This document shows positions 60,176-64,000 of a stretch of DNA of 64,000 bases, one piece after another. The DNA is from an uncultured Candidatus Saccharibacteria bacterium (lineage in GTDB: Bacteria; Patescibacteriota; Minisyncoccia; Phycocordibacterales; UBA5272). Location of the stretch: assembly GCA_964510805.1 (NCBI GenBank), contig CAZEDG010000001.1:48227-112226 (forward strand), in the 5' to 3' direction. Position numbers and translations under genes: made by a program. How positions within the stretch are numbered: position 1 is the first letter of the stretch; each line of letters opens with the position of its first letter. The notes beneath the pieces are model-generated. The model did no database searches. It worked only from the letters and a program-made list of their open reading frames with translations, and had not been told where the DNA came from.

Positions 60176-61285
60176 CTAACCTTTAAGGTCATGTATTGTT
60201 ACGATGATAAGGAGAAGGAGAAGAAGTGAAAAACCGACCACATTGACCCAGGAGTAATACTTGAAAGGAACTTTCTTACGAATGATACTTTCGATAAGTA
60301 CTACCACAATTCTTCCTCCATCAAGTGCAGGAAGCGGTAACGCGTTGAAGATAGCAAGGTTAATAGAAAGAACTGCAACAAGCGTAAGTACCGCAACATA
60401 TCCATATTCACTTGTCTCACCAACAATCTTTGCGATACCGACAGGACCAGAGAGTGAGTCAATAACGTTCTTACCAGAAAAAGCAGAAGTGAGCACATCC
60501 TTAAGTCCTGTAAACGTCATAGAAGTCATTGTGACTGTCTTCGTGTACCCAAGCTCTACCGCTTCAAGGAAAGTTGTCTTTACTTCTCCAACTTGTTCTA
60601 CGGCAATGCCAAGCGCTTTCTTGTTTTCTAGGATTCCATATACCGCTGCGACCGTTGTCTTCTTGTCTTCTCCGTTTGGAGTTCTGTAGGTAATAGCAAA
60701 TGCATTATTTTGGTTTTTACTAATGAAAGTAATGAGTGATGTTGCTGTCGTAAGTTTTGCATCCTCACCATTACTTTTCATTGAAAGAATAATTGACCCA
60801 GGAACAATACCCGCCTTAAAAGCAGGACTTTCTTTGGAGACCTCCGTTACCATGATGTATGACTTGGTAACTCTTGCTCCAAACACAGGATCATCAACAC
60901 TTACTTGTACAGTGCCATAAGAAATACCAATGAAGAGACATAACGCCAAAAGCATGTTCATGGTGACACCTGCAATAAGCACAATGAACTGAGCCCAAGA
61001 AGGACGATTACCAAAAGCTCGAGGGTTATTGTGTGCACCATGAGCTTTCTTGTCATCTTCGGTTCCGTTTTCTCCAAAGATGGAAACATAGCCACCAAGA
61101 GGGATAGCATTAATCGCATACAGTGTCTCACCTTTTTTTATTCCAAAAAGCCGTGGAGGAAAACCAAAAGCAAATTCATCAACTCTCATACCAACAAGCT
61201 TAGCGGCGATGAAGTGACCGAATTCGTGCACAATAACAAGTACAAGTAAAATACCAATAAAAAGGAGCATTGCAGTGAGTGACAT
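60176..61285 (-). CDS. rseP: site-2 protease RseP (M50)
   Basis: HEFGH, PLGGYV, NALPLPALDGG. Confidence 0.93.
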   Translation of the reverse strand: MSLTAMLLFIGILLVLVIVHEFGHFIAAKLVGMRVDEFAFGFPPRLFGIKKGETLYAINAIPLGGYVSIFGENGTEDDKKAHGAHNNPRAFGNRPSWAQFIVLIAGVTMNMLLALCLFIGISYGTVQVSVDDPVFGARVTKSYIMVTEVSKESPAFKAGIVPGSIILSMKSNGEDAKLTTATSLITFISKNQNNAFAITYRTPNGEDKKTTVAAVYGILENKKALGIAVEQVGEVKTTFLEAVELGYTKTVTMTSMTFTGLKDVLTSAFSGKNVIDSLSGPVGIAKIVGETSEYGYVAVLTLVAVLSINLAIFNALPLPALDGGRIVVVLIESIIRKKVPFKYYSWVNVVGFSLLLLLLIIVTIHDLKG

Positions 61286-61397
61286 AATGGTTACTATTCT
61301 ATCATATTTTAAAAAATATTTCTAACAAAAACTTGACATAAATAAAAAATAGTTTAGTATTGACGATCGGATTGTTCAACTTTTTAGGAGTGTCCCC

Positions 61398-61949
61398 ATG
61401 AAAGTTTTTGTTTGCCGGTATTTCCTGAAACTTCTATGCCTTTTCCCTTTGCTCTTTATTTTTGAAGTCCAAGGAAAAGAAGGTAATAGACTCCCTGCTC
61501 CTGTGATGCCTCAGCAGATGCAAGGTGTTCCACAGATACAGGTTTCTGGTTACGCTGTTGAAGTTTCTGTTAAACATCTTGTTTGTCAGATCAATAAGGA
61601 AGAAGGTTACCCTCCGTATAACATTGTTAGGTCCAATCGACCTGATAGGATTCTTGAGGATCTTGCTTTAGTTCGTGACTGTGTTCGTAAAGTACAACAG
61701 AAATTTAGTGTGTATAAAGGTGGTAATATACCAAGAGTTCTTACTCCTATCGCACTAGCTTTTCAAGGGCAGTTTAATTTACTGATTTGTCGAAAATGGC
61801 AGACAGGAGAAACAGACACACTGCTTGAGTTTTCTTTACCTTGGATTGCTCAAGATGAAATATTTGGATATTTTAATCTGTATAGTATTACAAAATGTCT
61901 TGACAGTGTAAAACTATTGGATGAAACATTCGAGAACAAGAAATTTTAA
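61398..61949 (+). CDS. orphan secreted protein
   Basis: TTGACA-N16-TAGTAT, TAGGAG SD, signal peptide. Confidence 0.65.
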   Translation: MKVFVCRYFLKLLCLFPLLFIFEVQGKEGNRLPAPVMPQQMQGVPQIQVSGYAVEVSVKHLVCQINKEEGYPPYNIVRSNRPDRILEDLALVRDCVRKVQQKFSVYKGGNIPRVLTPIALAFQGQFNLLICRKWQTGETDTLLEFSLPWIAQDEIFGYFNLYSITKCLDSVKLLDETFENKKF

Positions 61950-61998
61950 AACAAAACAAATTTAAAAAAGAGCTTCCTGTGAAGACTCTTTTTTTCTT

Positions 61999-62553
61999 TT
62001 ACTCCCCCATGATCTCAGTTTCTTTTTTTGAAAAGAGATTTTCGAGTTCTTGATTTGTTGCGTCAACAATTTTTTGCATCTCGTCTCTGTGAGCTCGCTT
62101 ATCATCCTCACCGTAGAGACCTTCCTTTGCTTCTTGATCAATTTTTTTGTTTGTTTCTTCTCGTACTGATCGTATACGTACACGAGCTTCTTCTAATCTT
62201 TCTTTGAGAAGTTTTACAAGCTTAGCTCTTGTTTCTCCAGTGAGTGCCGGAAAATGTACACGAAGTCCTTCTGCGTCAGATGAGACAGAGAGACCAAGAT
62301 CAGCTTCATTAATGGCTCGCTCCATTGAGCTAACAAGTGTTTTGTCCCAAGGAGAGACACGTATAGTACGAGGATCTTCTATTGTGATACTTCCTGCGTG
62401 AGCAAGTGGTGTGCGTGCGCCATACATATCAATGTGTACCATGTCGAGCACTTGAGGCGTTGCTCGCCCTGTCTGTATCGTTTTGTACTCATTTTTGAGC
62501 CAGTCGATAATCTTTGCTTTTTCTTCTTCTACCTGAGTAAAGTTGTATGTCAT
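61999..62553 (-). CDS. frr: ribosome recycling factor
   Basis: IQTGRATP, YG, PWDK, PALTGETR. Confidence 0.95.
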   Translation of the reverse strand: MTYNFTQVEEEKAKIIDWLKNEYKTIQTGRATPQVLDMVHIDMYGARTPLAHAGSITIEDPRTIRVSPWDKTLVSSMERAINEADLGLSVSSDAEGLRVHFPALTGETRAKLVKLLKERLEEARVRIRSVREETNKKIDQEAKEGLYGEDDKRAHRDEMQKIVDATNQELENLFSKKETEIMGE

Positions 62554-62587
62554 AAGTATAGGGTTATTTTGTAGGTTTGATTGTACC

Positions 62588-63232
62588 TTAGCTTGTGTAT
62601 TTAGGCAATACAAGCGAGGTGTATTCAAGGAGAGTCTTAAGTGAGGAAGAAGGGTCTTTTGCATAAGAAGCAAAAGAAAGGACCAGAAGTTGATGATGTG
62701 TGTCAAACGTATTTCTTACCATGTACTCAAAGAGCATCAAGAAAAATTTCTTCCCTTCTTCTCTATCTTTACGCCCCTCCTCATCTTCTTTTGTAAGAAG
62801 TTTTTTTATATATGGTAAGTCCATACGATCAAGTGGTTCTGTTGCTAGAAATGTTGCTATGTTTTTTTCTTCTAAAAAATTTTCGTCAATTACATGTTCT
62901 TCGAGACGAGAAAGAAGTGTTGGAAGTAGTGATTCTTTATTGGAGGTGATGAGTATAAAAGAGACGTTTTGTGGAGGTTCTTCTAATGTCTTTAGGAGTG
63001 CGTTCTGTGCTTGTTCTGTGATTGTGTGAAAAGAAATAATTGCACGCTTGTGTCCGCTATGAGGAGTTATTGCCCAAGCGCTTAAGCTTCGTGCGCTCTC
63101 TATATCGAGAACTGTTTTTTCGAGAAAAAGATTTGAGAGTGATTCTTTGGTATCATTTTTAAAAAGAGAAGAAGCATATTCCTTACGACAAGGATGAAGA
63201 ATAAGTGTCGCGTGATGAGTAATCTCTAACAT
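62588..63232 (-). CDS. holB: DNA polymerase III delta' (HolB)-like, short
   Basis: AQNALLKTLEEPP, LLPTLLSR. Confidence 0.75.
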   Translation of the reverse strand: MLEITHHATLILHPCRKEYASSLFKNDTKESLSNLFLEKTVLDIESARSLSAWAITPHSGHKRAIISFHTITEQAQNALLKTLEEPPQNVSFILITSNKESLLPTLLSRLEEHVIDENFLEEKNIATFLATEPLDRMDLPYIKKLLTKEDEEGRKDREEGKKFFLMLFEYMVRNTFDTHHQLLVLSFASYAKDPSSSLKTLLEYTSLVLPKYTS

Positions 63233-63306
63233 TATGGTATCTAGTATATCAAGATGCTTTTGTGTTGGCGAAGAATAGAAAGCGTGCACACACTTCCTAT
63301 CTCTTT

Positions 63307-64000
63307 TTATCTCTTAGCGAAAATCCTACGCTTATAGGTGTCGAGGTGCTCGAGGGCAATACCTGTTCCTTTTGCAACACAATAGAAGGCGTCGTCTGCA
63401 AGTACTGCTTTTACTCCGGTACGTCTTTCAACAAGATCAGGAAAATGTCTAAGCATCGAAGATCCTCCTGACATAATAATACCGTTGTCGATAATATCTG
63501 ACGCAAGTTCAGGTGGAGTCTCTTGAAGCACATCGCGAATTGCTTTGATCATCATCTTAAGCTCTTTGTCGATCGCTTTCACAATCTCGTTAGTTCTAAT
63601 CTCAACAGTACGAGGAAGTCCAGCGATGAAGTCACGACCTTTTACTTTGAGGACAAGTTCATCTTCGATTGGAAGAGCAGAGCCAATCTTAATCTTAATA
63701 TCTTCCGCTGTCTGGTCGCCGATTGCGAGGTTGTATGTCTTCTTTACATAGTCGATAATTGCTTGGTCTACTTTTGTACCTGCACACTTAACAGAAGTAC
63801 TACATACGATACCTCCAAGAGAAATTACAGCAACGTCGGTTGTTCCTCCTCCAATATCTACAATCATTCTTCCTTTTGCTTCATGAATAGGGATACCGGC
63901 ACCGATCGCTGCTAAGATTGGTTCTTTTACTACGTAGGCATTTCTTGCGCCAGCCTTAAGCGCAGCTTCGATTACAGCACGTCTCTCTGTAGAAGTAACT
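63307..64000 (-). CDS. mreB: second MreB/Mbl paralogue (5' truncated by window)
   Basis: DIGGGTTDVA, GRDF..GLP, LQETPPELASDI. Confidence 0.93.
   Translation of the reverse strand, partial: VTSTERRAVIEAALKAGARNAYVVKEPILAAIGAGIPIHEAKGRMIVDIGGGTTDVAVISLGGIVCSTSVKCAGTKVDQAIIDYVKKTYNLAIGDQTAEDIKIKIGSALPIEDELVLKVKGRDFIAGLPRTVEIRTNEIVKAIDKELKMMIKAIRDVLQETPPELASDIIDNGIIMSGGSSMLRHFPDLVERRTGVKAVLADDAFYCVAKGTGIALEHLDTYKRRIFAKR

Noticed and set aside
133-63915. Numerous 60-180 aa ORFs antisense to or nested in core genes (e.g. 41469-42005, 60261-60689, 22408-22740)
   Set aside because: Shadow frames of well-supported genes, without their own signals or recognisable motifs.

Overview
64-kb window of a low-GC, streamlined bacterial chromosome. 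Short aaRSs, two mreB paralogues, a minimal dcw set and an infA-rpmJ-rpsM-rpsK-rpsD-rpoA-rplQ-rplM-rpsI block suggest Patescibacteria/CPR (Parcubacteria-like); this is inferred from gene content only. Most of it is housekeeping. Core genes run on + up to ~57.2 kb and on - after ~58.9 kb, converging on a dif-like site. No rRNA, tRNA, CRISPR array, integrase or transposase was seen. Best leads: (1) an apparently minimal Asp T-box riboswitch (ultrashort stem I, no stem II) before aspS; (2) a re-coded and duplicated rpsI 3' end bracketing a 129-nt hairpin and a low-GC gene; (3) oriented 7-bp tandem arrays plus a conserved palindrome at gene boundaries; (4) about a dozen self-contained orphan cassettes (own promoter, SD, terminator) among SD-less core genes, several resembling degenerate enzymes (two RNB-like, one frameshifted); (5) a LexA-controlled cassette with a miniaturised, dead-looking DinB; (6) small ORFs and an sRNA candidate missed by the ORF track. 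All assignments are by eye; no searches were run.
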